From a virus, in the IMG/VR virus record IMGVR_UViG_3300010334_000030, positions 1-64,000 of that record: DNA of 64,000 nucleotides; one strand, given 5' to 3'. This document shows, in pieces, positions 17,511 to 25,930 of the stretch. Under the pieces are notes generated by a model. It was not told the origin of the DNA, did no database searches, and saw only the letters and a list, made by a program, of their open reading frames with translations. Position 1 is the first letter of the stretch; each line of letters starts with the position of its first letter. Made by a program: the position numbers and the translations under genes.

Positions 17511-20000
17511 TTATGAGCTACATAGTACACAATCATCTGGATTATCTAGACTACACATTATGCCTGAAGCAACCTCTTCCGCAGCTTTACTTAACTCCTC
17601 ACTGGTCATTCCTTCCAATTCTACCTTTGCCTCACTTACTGGTGTAATTTCTTTCTTTTCCTCAGAAAGTCTAAGTGCCTTTTTTGTTTTCTCCATATCT
17701 ATCCCTAGACCTGCCATAGCATCTACAGCAGATTTAGTTCTCAAGTAGTACATGCCTGTTTTAAGTCCAAGCTCCCATGCATAGAAGTGCGCAGATGTCA
17801 ATTTAGCTGAATTCACTCCCTCAATGAATAAATTTAGTGATTGCGATTGGCAAATAAATTTACCTCTATCGGCTGACATTTCAATTATATCCTTCTGTTT
17901 AATCTCCCAAACTGTTTTGTAGACTTCTCTGATATTTTCTGGAATTTGTGGAATCTTTTGAACTGATCCTTTATGAAGTATAATTAAATTCTTAATATCC
18001 TCATTCCAAAGACCCAGAGAGATAAGATCAGCAACCAAGTGTTTGTTTATCAATATAAATTCCCCACTAAGTGTTCTTCTTGTGTAGAGATTTGAAGTAA
18101 ATGGTTCAAAAGCCTCATTGTTGCCCATGATCTGAGCTGTTGATGCTGTTGGCATTGGAGCAAGAAGTAGTGAATTTCTAACACCGTTCTTCATAACATC
18201 TTTTCTTAATTTATCCCAGTCCCATCTTCCTGATAATTGATTATCTTCAAATCCCCAAAGGTTGAATTGGAATTGACCTTGACTTAAAGGTGATCCAGGG
18301 AAGGTTTCATATGCTCCATCCCTTTTAGCTAAATCCATTGAAGCAGTCATAGATGCAAAGTAGATGGTTTCGAAAACATCCTCGTTAACCTTTCTTGCTT
18401 CCGGAGAAGTGAATGGAAGACGCATCATTGCAAACAGATCTGCTAAACCTTGAATCCCTATTCCAATTGGTCTGTGTCTAAAGTTTGATTTTTTAGTTTC
18501 TGGTGTTGGATAGTAGTTTACGTCAATTACACGATTTAGATTTATTGCTGTTTGATAAGCAACATCATAAAGAGACTTATGATCAACTTCACATTTTCCT
18601 CTAATTATTTTGGAAGTTCTTGCATCAGTAGATTTCAAAAATTTATTAACAGGAATAGAGGCTAGATTACATACTGCTTGCTCATCTTTATCTGTGTACT
18701 CTAAAATCTCAGTGCACAGATTTGAACTTTTAATTGTTCCTAAATTCTTCTGATTTGATTTTCTATTAGCAGCATCTTTGTAAAGCATATAAGGAGTTCC
18801 AGTTTCAACCTGTGATTCCAAAATCTTGCTCCAAAGATCTCTTGCTTTTATAACTTTTCTAGCTTTCCCTGAAGCTTCAAATCCTTCGTATGCTTTCTCG
18901 AATTCTTCGCCATACTTTTCCCAAAGACCTTCTGCATCAGACGGTGAGAATAAAGACCAATCAGAATCTTCCTTAACTCTTTTCATAAATAAATCAGGAA
19001 CCCATAAAGCCAAGAAAAGATCTCTGGCTCTTAATTCCTCTTTACCTGTATTCTTTCTTAAATCTAGGTAATCTTCTATATCAGAATGCCAAGGTTCAAG
19101 GTAGATTGCAAAAGATCCTTTTCTCTTTCCCCCGCCTTGATCAACGTATCTTGCAGTTTCATTGAAGACTTTTAACATAGGAACTATTCCATTAGATGTT
19201 CCATTTGTTCCTTTTATATAAGATCCGGTACTTCTAACATTATGAATAGCTAAACCTATACCCCCAGCATTCTGTGAAATGGTAGCAACATCAGATAAAG
19301 TTTTATAAATTCCTGAAATTGAATCATCAGACATCATTAACAAGAAACAAGAAGATAATTGGGGTTTTTTAGTTCCAGCGTTGAATAATGTGGGTGTTGC
19401 ATGAGTCATCTGATGATTAGATAAAAGCTCATAAGTTTTAATAGCATTTTTTACATCATCACCCCAAATTCCCACAGCCACTCTCATATACATGTGTTGT
19501 GGGTTCTCCGCTGGTTTACCATTCATTTTTAGAAGATAACTCTTCTCTAATGTTTTGAACCCAAAGTATTCAAAATTAAAATCTCTCTCATGAATAATAG
19601 CACCATCAAATTTTTGCTTGTGCTTTATTACTGAATTATAGGTCTCGTCATTAATCAAACCTGCTGGTTGATTAGTCTCTGGATCGATATACTCATAAAG
19701 ATCTTTAATGGTTTCCGAAAATTTCTTCTTATTTGTTTTGTGAAGTCTAGAAACTGCTATCCTTGAAGCCAGAATGGAATGACCAGGATGTTTAGGAATC
19801 AGCGAAGCCGCTGTCTCAGCTGCTAGATTGTCTAGCTCCTCTGTAGTAATCCCATCATATATTCCAGCAATAACTTTCTGTGCTATTTCAGTCGAATCAA
19901 TATAATCTGTATTCAGATCATATGTCATTCTTCTAATCCTATTGGAAATTTTTTCAAACTTAACGGGCTCTCTAGAGCCATCTCTCTTTACTACTTGCAT
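17511..20000 (-). CDS. nrdA: ribonucleotide reductase class Ia alpha subunit
   Basis: ATP cone (VVKRDG), ATPTLFNAG, SSCF, SNLCTEI, PTAST, KTGMYYLR, C-terminal CxxC. Confidence 0.98.
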   Translation of the reverse strand: MQVVKRDGSREPVKFEKISNRIRRMTYDLNTDYIDSTEIAQKVIAGIYDGITTEELDNLAAETAASLIPKHPGHSILASRIAVSRLHKTNKKKFSETIKDLYEYIDPETNQPAGLINDETYNSVIKHKQKFDGAIIHERDFNFEYFGFKTLEKSYLLKMNGKPAENPQHMYMRVAVGIWGDDVKNAIKTYELLSNHQMTHATPTLFNAGTKKPQLSSCFLLMMSDDSISGIYKTLSDVATISQNAGGIGLAIHNVRSTGSYIKGTNGTSNGIVPMLKVFNETARYVDQGGGKRKGSFAIYLEPWHSDIEDYLDLRKNTGKEELRARDLFLALWVPDLFMKRVKEDSDWSLFSPSDAEGLWEKYGEEFEKAYEGFEASGKARKVIKARDLWSKILESQVETGTPYMLYKDAANRKSNQKNLGTIKSSNLCTEILEYTDKDEQAVCNLASIPVNKFLKSTDARTSKIIRGKCEVDHKSLYDVAYQTAINLNRVIDVNYYPTPETKKSNFRHRPIGIGIQGLADLFAMMRLPFTSPEARKVNEDVFETIYFASMTASMDLAKRDGAYETFPGSPLSQGQFQFNLWGFEDNQLSGRWDWDKLRKDVMKNGVRNSLLLAPMPTASTAQIMGNNEAFEPFTSNLYTRRTLSGEFILINKHLVADLISLGLWNEDIKNLIILHKGSVQKIPQIPENIREVYKTVWEIKQKDIIEMSADRGKFICQSQSLNLFIEGVNSAKLTSAHFYAWELGLKTGMYYLRTKSAVDAMAGLGIDMEKTKKALRLSEEKKEITPVSEAKVELEGMTSEELSKAAEEVASGIMCSLDNPDDCVLCSS

Positions 20001-20038
20001 TTTACCTTATGGTTATTTTTAAAATTTATTTTTGATTC

Positions 20039-21028
20039 TTAGAAATCCTCATCCATTACGAACCCGTCATTATGATTCGAGTTCATAACTCCAGATTTCT
20101 GGTAGTCTGGGTTTCTTTTTTCGAAGAAATTAACTTTTCCTTGTAGAGCAATATTGACCATGAAGTCAAAAGGATTTTCTGAATTGTAAACCTTAGAGCA
20201 TCCCAAATCAACTAGAAGTCTATCGGCAACAAATTCGAGATATTGTTTCATTAGATCTGAATTCATACCTATCAATTTAACAGGAAGAGACTCTGTAATA
20301 AACTCTTTCTCTATTTCTAAGGCACTCATGATAATCTCCTTGATCTTGTGTTCAGGAACTCTGTTAGCCAAGTGGTTGTTATGTAGCATTACAGCAAAAT
20401 CGCAGTGCATTCCTTCGTCTCTTGAGATCAGCTCATTAGAGAAAGTTAAACCCGGCATAAGTCCTCTTTTCTTCAGCCAAAAGATTGAACAGAAAGATCC
20501 ACTAAAGAATATACCTTCAACTGCAGCAAATGCAATTAGTCTTTCTTGGAAATTTGGGGAATCTATCCACTTTAATGCCCATTCTGCTTTTTTCTTAACC
20601 GCATCGATGGTTTCAATAGCTCTGAAAAGTCTGTCCTTCTCTGCAGGATCCTGAATATATGTGTCAATTAGAAGTGAATATGTTTCCGAGTGAATATTCT
20701 CCATCATGATCTGAAATCCATAGAAAAATTTAGCTTCTGTGTACTGTACTTCAGATACAAAATTCTCTGCTAGATTCTCATTTACAATTCCATCTGAAGC
20801 AGCAAAGAAAGCTAGAACATTCTTAACGAAATGTCTTTCGTCGTCATTAAGCTTGTTTCTCCAGTCATTTAGATCTTGAGCTAGGTCAATCTCTTCTGCT
20901 GTCCAAATACAAGCTTCTTGCTGTTTGTACATTTTCCAAATGTCGTGATGCTCTATAGGAAATATAACAAAACGATTTGGGTTATCTTTTAAAATTGGTT
21001 CTGGTAGTGGGTATAAATTTTCTGACAT
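20039..21028 (-). CDS. nrdB: ribonucleotide reductase class Ia beta subunit
   Basis: [43 protein letters not shown]. Confidence 0.98.
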   Translation of the reverse strand: MSENLYPLPEPILKDNPNRFVIFPIEHHDIWKMYKQQEACIWTAEEIDLAQDLNDWRNKLNDDERHFVKNVLAFFAASDGIVNENLAENFVSEVQYTEAKFFYGFQIMMENIHSETYSLLIDTYIQDPAEKDRLFRAIETIDAVKKKAEWALKWIDSPNFQERLIAFAAVEGIFFSGSFCSIFWLKKRGLMPGLTFSNELISRDEGMHCDFAVMLHNNHLANRVPEHKIKEIIMSALEIEKEFITESLPVKLIGMNSDLMKQYLEFVADRLLVDLGCSKVYNSENPFDFMVNIALQGKVNFFEKRNPDYQKSGVMNSNHNDGFVMDEDF

Positions 21029-21043
21029 TTCGATTTAAAAATT

Positions 21044-21538
21044 TTAGTAGTTATTTTTTTGACGGTTTCTATTTTCTTCATTCTTGCTCATGTACATATT
21101 ATACATTTCCTGTGAGGTCATTCCAATTGATGCTGCATAGTTCATAAAGAAATGCAACATATCAACAATTTCAAATTTACACTCAATCTTATCAGTCTCA
21201 GAAAGATCCGAGAATTTCAAAGAATCGTAGCTGGAGTATGCAGATTTCCATTTCTTCCAGATAGCATTTCCGTTACCATCTTTGATGCCTCCCAGTGCAT
21301 CAGTAGCCTCATAGATTTCATCTATTAAAGCGTGCTCGTTCATGTGCCAGAAGTTCATAACTTCTCTAAGACTCATGTTCTCGAAGTCGTAACCGTAAAC
21401 GTTCTTCTGAGTTTCTGCTTGTAGATTAAGAATATCCCCTAGGGTATCAATCTTTTCACCTAAAGTCGAAGCTTCTGTAGCATCAGACCAAAGGTCTTCA
21501 ATCAATAGATTTGCGCAAGAATTGTCTTTGTTTGCCAT
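21044..21538 (-). CDS. all-alpha dimeric dUTPase/dCTPase (T4 gp56-like)
   Basis: DEIYE, WKKWK, EIVDMLHFFMN and KNEENRNRQ motifs. Confidence 0.85.
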   Translation of the reverse strand: MANKDNSCANLLIEDLWSDATEASTLGEKIDTLGDILNLQAETQKNVYGYDFENMSLREVMNFWHMNEHALIDEIYEATDALGGIKDGNGNAIWKKWKSAYSSYDSLKFSDLSETDKIECKFEIVDMLHFFMNYAASIGMTSQEMYNMYMSKNEENRNRQKNNY

Positions 21539-21602
21539 ATTTGTTGTTTTTTAGTGGGCTCTTTTTATATATCAAAAGCATTTGGAGGGCCCTATTTATT
21601 AA

Positions 21603-23003
21603 TTATTTATTTTCTATACTTCTTTGTAACTGATCTATTTCGATCTGAAGGGCAAGCATTCGATCTTTTGTTTTTCTCCTTTTCGAGTAGAGATCCTTGA
21701 TTATTGTTCTGATAATAGGATTTTCCTCGTCTGATCCAAAATAAGCACCCGAGGCTGTTCGTGTCCATTCCTCTTTAGGGTTAACCGGATCCTTACCTTT
21801 ATATGACTCTGGAGAAATGCCCCATTGAACCATGGTATTGGGATAGAGCGAAGCAAAGTCATAACAAGCAATCCATTCATGAAGTCCGGTTATTGGCTCT
21901 TTTACATATCCACCTGCAAATTTAACATGAACCTCATCCTTTTTTTCTTGAACGAAAATCTGCTTTCGTTCTAAGAATTTTCTCAACATCATGATCTCTG
22001 TTGACCAAACTGGAGAAAGGGATCTATTTATCTCCACACCTGCGATTTGAGCTATCTTGAAGAAGGTCTGCATGGTTTTGAGCTTTTGATCGATATAGTG
22101 AACAAGAGCACAGTCAACTGCGTTATAGTAAATGAAATCTTCAAAATTGGATTGGTAAAGATCTCTAAGTGTTCCGTTGTATTCTATTTTTTTAAGACCT
22201 ATAGCTTTATTTGCAACATAATCTAATCGGTTACTTTCTTTGATTTTAATAACTCTGTCCCATTTTTTATAGATCTCCAGGTAATCGACCATTAGTAGAT
22301 GCGCGGGTAGCTGTTCCTTTCCTAGAAGATATCCTCCGGGTGAAATGATTTTTGGATCTATGCCTAATTTTTTAGCTCTGTTTAGCAAATAAGGCCAGTC
22401 ATATCCTAACCAGTTCCATCCAGTAATTAAAGGCATTTTAGGACCCAGATCTTTAAAAAACGTGTAAACTAGATCATACTCAGTTTCGAATTGTTTATAT
22501 TTAAATGACCACTCATCACCAGTTTTTTCGAAGTATGTGTTGAGCTTCTTGTAGATGCTTGCTTGCTGTTCAGGGGTCAAAGGGTCTAGTCCTAAAAGGA
22601 TAAGCTTGCATTTATCTGTTGCAATACCTATAGATAGGATCCTATTCTTTGCATTAGCAGTATCCAAAGCTGCTGCCATCTCCTCTGTAATCTCAACCTC
22701 AATATCGACAAAATATTTTTTAGGTGTTTGGAATTCCCAAAGTGGAGCGGTTAGTTCTTTTGGGGCTTCCTCTAAAATCTGAGCTATTCTATATTTGTCA
22801 TATCTTTCAGTTTTCACTTTCTTCACAGGTTCACCCGTCCAAGTTTTCCACTCTCTATCTTTAGACGAATTACTGGGGGTGCACTTCTCCCAAACAAATC
22901 TTTCTGATTCTGGGATAGGTACTGTTATGAATGCTAGATCTCCGTCTTTGGTGAAATGTGAAACTTTTAAAGATTTGCCTTGATTCTCTATGTCTACGAT
23001 CAT
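21603..23003 (-). CDS. family B DNA polymerase, N-terminal subunit (exonuclease plus motif A)
   Basis: DIEV, TGWNWLGYDWPYL, YNAVD, GGYVKEP, DFASLYP; ends before motifs B and C (no YG, no DTDS). Confidence 0.92.
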   Translation of the reverse strand: MIVDIENQGKSLKVSHFTKDGDLAFITVPIPESERFVWEKCTPSNSSKDREWKTWTGEPVKKVKTERYDKYRIAQILEEAPKELTAPLWEFQTPKKYFVDIEVEITEEMAAALDTANAKNRILSIGIATDKCKLILLGLDPLTPEQQASIYKKLNTYFEKTGDEWSFKYKQFETEYDLVYTFFKDLGPKMPLITGWNWLGYDWPYLLNRAKKLGIDPKIISPGGYLLGKEQLPAHLLMVDYLEIYKKWDRVIKIKESNRLDYVANKAIGLKKIEYNGTLRDLYQSNFEDFIYYNAVDCALVHYIDQKLKTMQTFFKIAQIAGVEINRSLSPVWSTEIMMLRKFLERKQIFVQEKKDEVHVKFAGGYVKEPITGLHEWIACYDFASLYPNTMVQWGISPESYKGKDPVNPKEEWTRTASGAYFGSDEENPIIRTIIKDLYSKRRKTKDRMLALQIEIDQLQRSIENK

Positions 23004-23021
23004 TCTAAGGATGTTTGATTG

Positions 23022-23049
23022 TTATAATGGTTATCACGGGTTAAGTTCC
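23022..23049 (-). promoter_or_regulatory. GGAA-N19-TATAA promoter before polB
   Basis: GGAACTTAACCCGTGATAACCATTATAA. Confidence 0.5.
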
Positions 23050-23056
23050 GGGATTA

Positions 23057-23064
23057 GATATATA
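23057..23064 (+). promoter_or_regulatory. GATATATA putative late promoter (representative copy)
   Basis: 11 copies lie 4-27 nt before starts, always in gene orientation; this copy is flipped for a plus-strand gene. Confidence 0.75.
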
Positions 23065-23087
23065 ACCTATAAGATTTTTATTAGAAT

Positions 23088-23387
23088 ATGGCAAAAAATT
23101 TCACAGACTTCTTAAATGAATGGTTAGACTCTCCAGGAAGCGTTGATGTTCCGGCACAAAGTACTGAAGTAAGGGTAAATTCTAGGAATTACACCCCAGC
23201 AAACCCAAGTATGCCAGAAATTGTTGATGCAATGTATGAGGCAAATTATTTCCACGATTTTTTGGATAAAGAGGGTAAGTCAGAGGAATTCAATAAATTC
23301 TTAAAAGGCAAAAAAAGATCTGGATCTGATATTACAAGATACCTTAAAGATTCATTCCAAACAAAATCTTCTAAAAAAGAAAAGTAA
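23088..23387 (+). CDS. hypothetical protein with CTS-like N-terminus
   Basis: MAKNFTDFLNEW; preceded by GATATATA. Confidence 0.75.
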   Translation: MAKNFTDFLNEWLDSPGSVDVPAQSTEVRVNSRNYTPANPSMPEIVDAMYEANYFHDFLDKEGKSEEFNKFLKGKKRSGSDITRYLKDSFQTKSSKKEK

Positions 23388-24394
23388 TGTACCATAAAAT
23401 ATACGAATTCTGTAAAGTTAAAAATAAAGGGGTCTGCTACAAAAATGGGGTTGATCCTACCCCCAGAGTTCAATATATTCTTGATTTATGTAAAGAAATG
23501 GGGCTTAGTGCAGAATTGGACATTTGGGGAACTGATGAGGAAGTTTTTGATTATTTAATTATGGACGCACCTGAAATTCTTAGAACAAAAACGGATCTTG
23601 ATCCAGAGAAGGTTAAAGCGGTTAGAAGTCTATATTTTGAATTTAGCAAAGAAGCCGAAGATTTTCTAAGTGACAAGGGGGTAGACGAGGATCCAAAATT
23701 CATAGAGCCTGATATGATGGACATGCTTGGTGATGAGTACGGTGACATTGTTGACAAATATACAGAGGAATTAAAAGATATAGTGGGACAGGTGGTTAAG
23801 GAGAGAAATAATTTCTTTAACATTATGCTTACCGGAAGCTCTGATAAATTTGTGGTTGCTCACCACGATATAGTGAATCCAAACTCTGATAACGCTAACG
23901 ATAATTCTTGCTCAGTTATAAACGCTCTAGCTATTAAGAAAAAAAGACCCAACGTGAATGTGGTTATTTTAGATGGCGAAGAGGTTGGTGGAATAGGTTC
24001 AGATAGATTGTCTCAAAGAATAAAGGGAGGAGAATTCAAATGTAAATGGATTCTAAACCTAGAACTGACAGGCAGAGGAGGTACAAACTTCTTTGTTGGA
24101 GCAATGGGAACTAATCTTACCCAATGGATAGCAAACAGATTTGAATGCCCTATAGTTAAAGTTCCATTCAATGACTCTGTTATCTTTAAAAAGTATGGTA
24201 TAGATTCAACAGTAATAAATCCACTACCAATAACAAATAAAGAAACACCGATAATCAATAAAGACGGGGATTATCTTGACTATAGCATGTTATTTAATTG
24301 TCACAAAATGACAGATTCTGTAGATACGATTGATGTGATAGACATGAAAGAATTTGTTGAGGACGTATGCTTAAAAATAATTGACGAAGCGTGA
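23387..24394 (+). CDS. M28-family Zn peptidase
   Basis: AHHD, ANDN, DGEEVGGIGS, NLELTG and terminal H...D ligands. Confidence 0.8.
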   Translation: MYHKIYEFCKVKNKGVCYKNGVDPTPRVQYILDLCKEMGLSAELDIWGTDEEVFDYLIMDAPEILRTKTDLDPEKVKAVRSLYFEFSKEAEDFLSDKGVDEDPKFIEPDMMDMLGDEYGDIVDKYTEELKDIVGQVVKERNNFFNIMLTGSSDKFVVAHHDIVNPNSDNANDNSCSVINALAIKKKRPNVNVVILDGEEVGGIGSDRLSQRIKGGEFKCKWILNLELTGRGGTNFFVGAMGTNLTQWIANRFECPIVKVPFNDSVIFKKYGIDSTVINPLPITNKETPIINKDGDYLDYSMLFNCHKMTDSVDTIDVIDMKEFVEDVCLKIIDEA

Positions 24395-24501
24395 GAAGAA
24401 TAAAACTATTTGAAGAATTTGTACAGTTAATCGCACCTAAGAAGAAGGTGAAAGATGTTAACAAAAGAGTGGTTGTAATCCCAAGCTGGAATATATACTA
24501 A
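24391..24501 (+). CDS. about 36-aa protein with CTS-like start (not in the ORF track)
   Basis: GTGA overlap with the peptidase stop; MRRIKLFEEFVQLIAPKKK...; 3' end approximate. Confidence 0.5.
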   Translation: MRRIKLFEEFVQLIAPKKKVKDVNKRVVVIPSWNIY

Positions 24502-24517
24502 AATCATAAAAATAGAG

Positions 24518-24592
24518 ATGTATAGCAAATCACAAAATCGAACGCACAAGAAAGCAATAAATAGAACATTTCTATTTCCTATATTATTTTAA
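24518..24592 (+). CDS. putative 24-aa leader peptide
   Basis: MYSKSQNRTHKKAINRTFLFPILF; stop lies 2 nt before the terminator stem. Confidence 0.35.
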   Translation: MYSKSQNRTHKKAINRTFLFPILF

Positions 24593-24594
24593 TT

Positions 24595-24621
24595 TCCCTT
24601 CTTTTAGAAGGGATTTTTTTT
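24595..24621 (+). terminator. intrinsic terminator or attenuator upstream of the aaRS-like gene
   Basis: TCCCTTCT-TTT-AGAAGGGA followed by T8. Confidence 0.8.
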
Positions 24622-24660
24622 GAGGTTTAAATCCAACTTAAAATAAAAAAAAAACAAAAA

Positions 24661-25482
24661 ATGAAAAACACAGAAATCTACAACGAACTAGTGCAGAAAA
24701 TGAGGGAGTTCTTTCTAGCAAAAGGTTACAAAGAAGTACCAACGCAATCACGTTTATCAATCCTGGCGGCATGCGAGAATCCACATTCTATAGCTACCTT
24801 CAACTATCAAGGTGAGGTTTGGCCTTTACCCCAAACTGGACAAATGTGGCTAGAGTATGAGCTTCTAAAGAATCCGGAATGGCCTGGTGTATTTTGTTTA
24901 ACAACTTCATACAGACAGGAAAAAAATCCAATTCAAGGAAGACATGACCTAATCTTTCCTATGTTTGAATTTGAAAGTAAGGGTAATATAATTGATCTGG
25001 ATAACTTAGAGAGGGAGCTATTAGTTCACTTAGGATTTGATAAACCAAATGCTGTTGACTATGAAAGGTTATGCCAGGAGTATGATACGTCTATTCTTGA
25101 GGCTGAGCACGAAACTAAAATGTGGAATGAAATTGGATCTGTTGTATCACTACAGAATTTTCCAATTAGAACAAATCCATTTTGGAATATGAAACACCTA
25201 GCAAATGGGGTATTCAACAAAATAGACGTTATCCTATATGGACAGGAAACCATAGGAAGTGCAGAACGTAGCTGTGACGTTAATAAAATGAGGGAAATGT
25301 TCTACACTATAGAGAATGGAAATTATTGTGCTAAGCTATTCGAATTATTTGGGAAAGAGAGAGTTGAAAAGGAATTAGAGGAATTTTTATCATTTGAATT
25401 CTTCCCTAGATTTGGAGCTGGAATAGGAATGACTAGATTGGAGAGAGCTTATCTACTTAAAAAAGCTGAGGTAAGCAAATAG
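24661..25482 (+). CDS. class IIb aaRS catalytic-domain paralogue (AsnRS/AspRS-like, probably asparagine synthetase A-type)
   Basis: Motif 2 (SYRQE...RH...FPMFEFE), ETIGSAER, motif 3 (PRFGAGIGMTRL); no anticodon OB domain. Confidence 0.85.
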   Translation: MKNTEIYNELVQKMREFFLAKGYKEVPTQSRLSILAACENPHSIATFNYQGEVWPLPQTGQMWLEYELLKNPEWPGVFCLTTSYRQEKNPIQGRHDLIFPMFEFESKGNIIDLDNLERELLVHLGFDKPNAVDYERLCQEYDTSILEAEHETKMWNEIGSVVSLQNFPIRTNPFWNMKHLANGVFNKIDVILYGQETIGSAERSCDVNKMREMFYTIENGNYCAKLFELFGKERVEKELEEFLSFEFFPRFGAGIGMTRLERAYLLKKAEVSK

Positions 25483-25839
25483 CTTCTTGTCGCGAGTTTG
25501 AATTGATAAATCCTTATTAATAAAGATCTCCCAAGAATCCTTCCCATACTGTCCAATTCCTGGGAGATCCTTTATATCATCAAATCCTTCTAGCCATTTC
25601 CGGCTAAGGTTAATTATCCGGGAGGCTTTTACATTTTGAAATCCGGTTGTTTTTATGACCGCTGCCAAGCTTTCTGGGTTACACGTTATAGCTGATTCGG
25701 GATTTGGAATAAGTCTAAATACGGAGCTTAAAATCGGCCTTACCTGTTTGTTATTTGTTTGATTCAGAAGGACACAACAAACCAGCATTTTCCAAGGATC
25801 GTCTAAATACTCCTCTTGTATAAGAATTTCTCTTTTCAA
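25453..25839 (-). CDS. MBD4-like HhH-GPD DNA glycosylase
   Basis: DPWKMLVCCVLLNQT and LPGIGQYGKDSWEIF match the MBD4 catalytic domain pattern. Confidence 0.8.
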   Translation of the reverse strand: MKREILIQEEYLDDPWKMLVCCVLLNQTNNKQVRPILSSVFRLIPNPESAITCNPESLAAVIKTTGFQNVKASRIINLSRKWLEGFDDIKDLPGIGQYGKDSWEIFINKDLSIQTRDKKLFAYLSFFK

Positions 25840-25855
25840 TTTTTCAATTTAGGCG

Positions 25856-25888
25856 GTAAAGATATGGTAAAATCTCGGAACAAAAAAA
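25856..25888 (-). promoter_or_regulatory. CGAGA-N8-TATCTTTA promoter, copy 4
   Basis: TTTTTTTGTTCCGAGATTTTACCATATCTTTAC. Confidence 0.65.
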
Positions 25889-25907
25889 GCCGGGGTTACC
25901 CGGCTTT
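25882..25907 (-). terminator. intrinsic terminator after dnaK
   Basis: AAAGCCGGGGTTACCCGGCTTT plus T-run; same 14-bp core as 4803..4827. Confidence 0.85.
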
Positions 25908-25930
25908 ATTGTAAATTTAGAATTTGGTTC

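Noticed and set aside
17511-21028. Inteins or introns in nrdA/nrdB
   Set aside because: Both are normal length and uninterrupted; nrdA has only a short loop insertion
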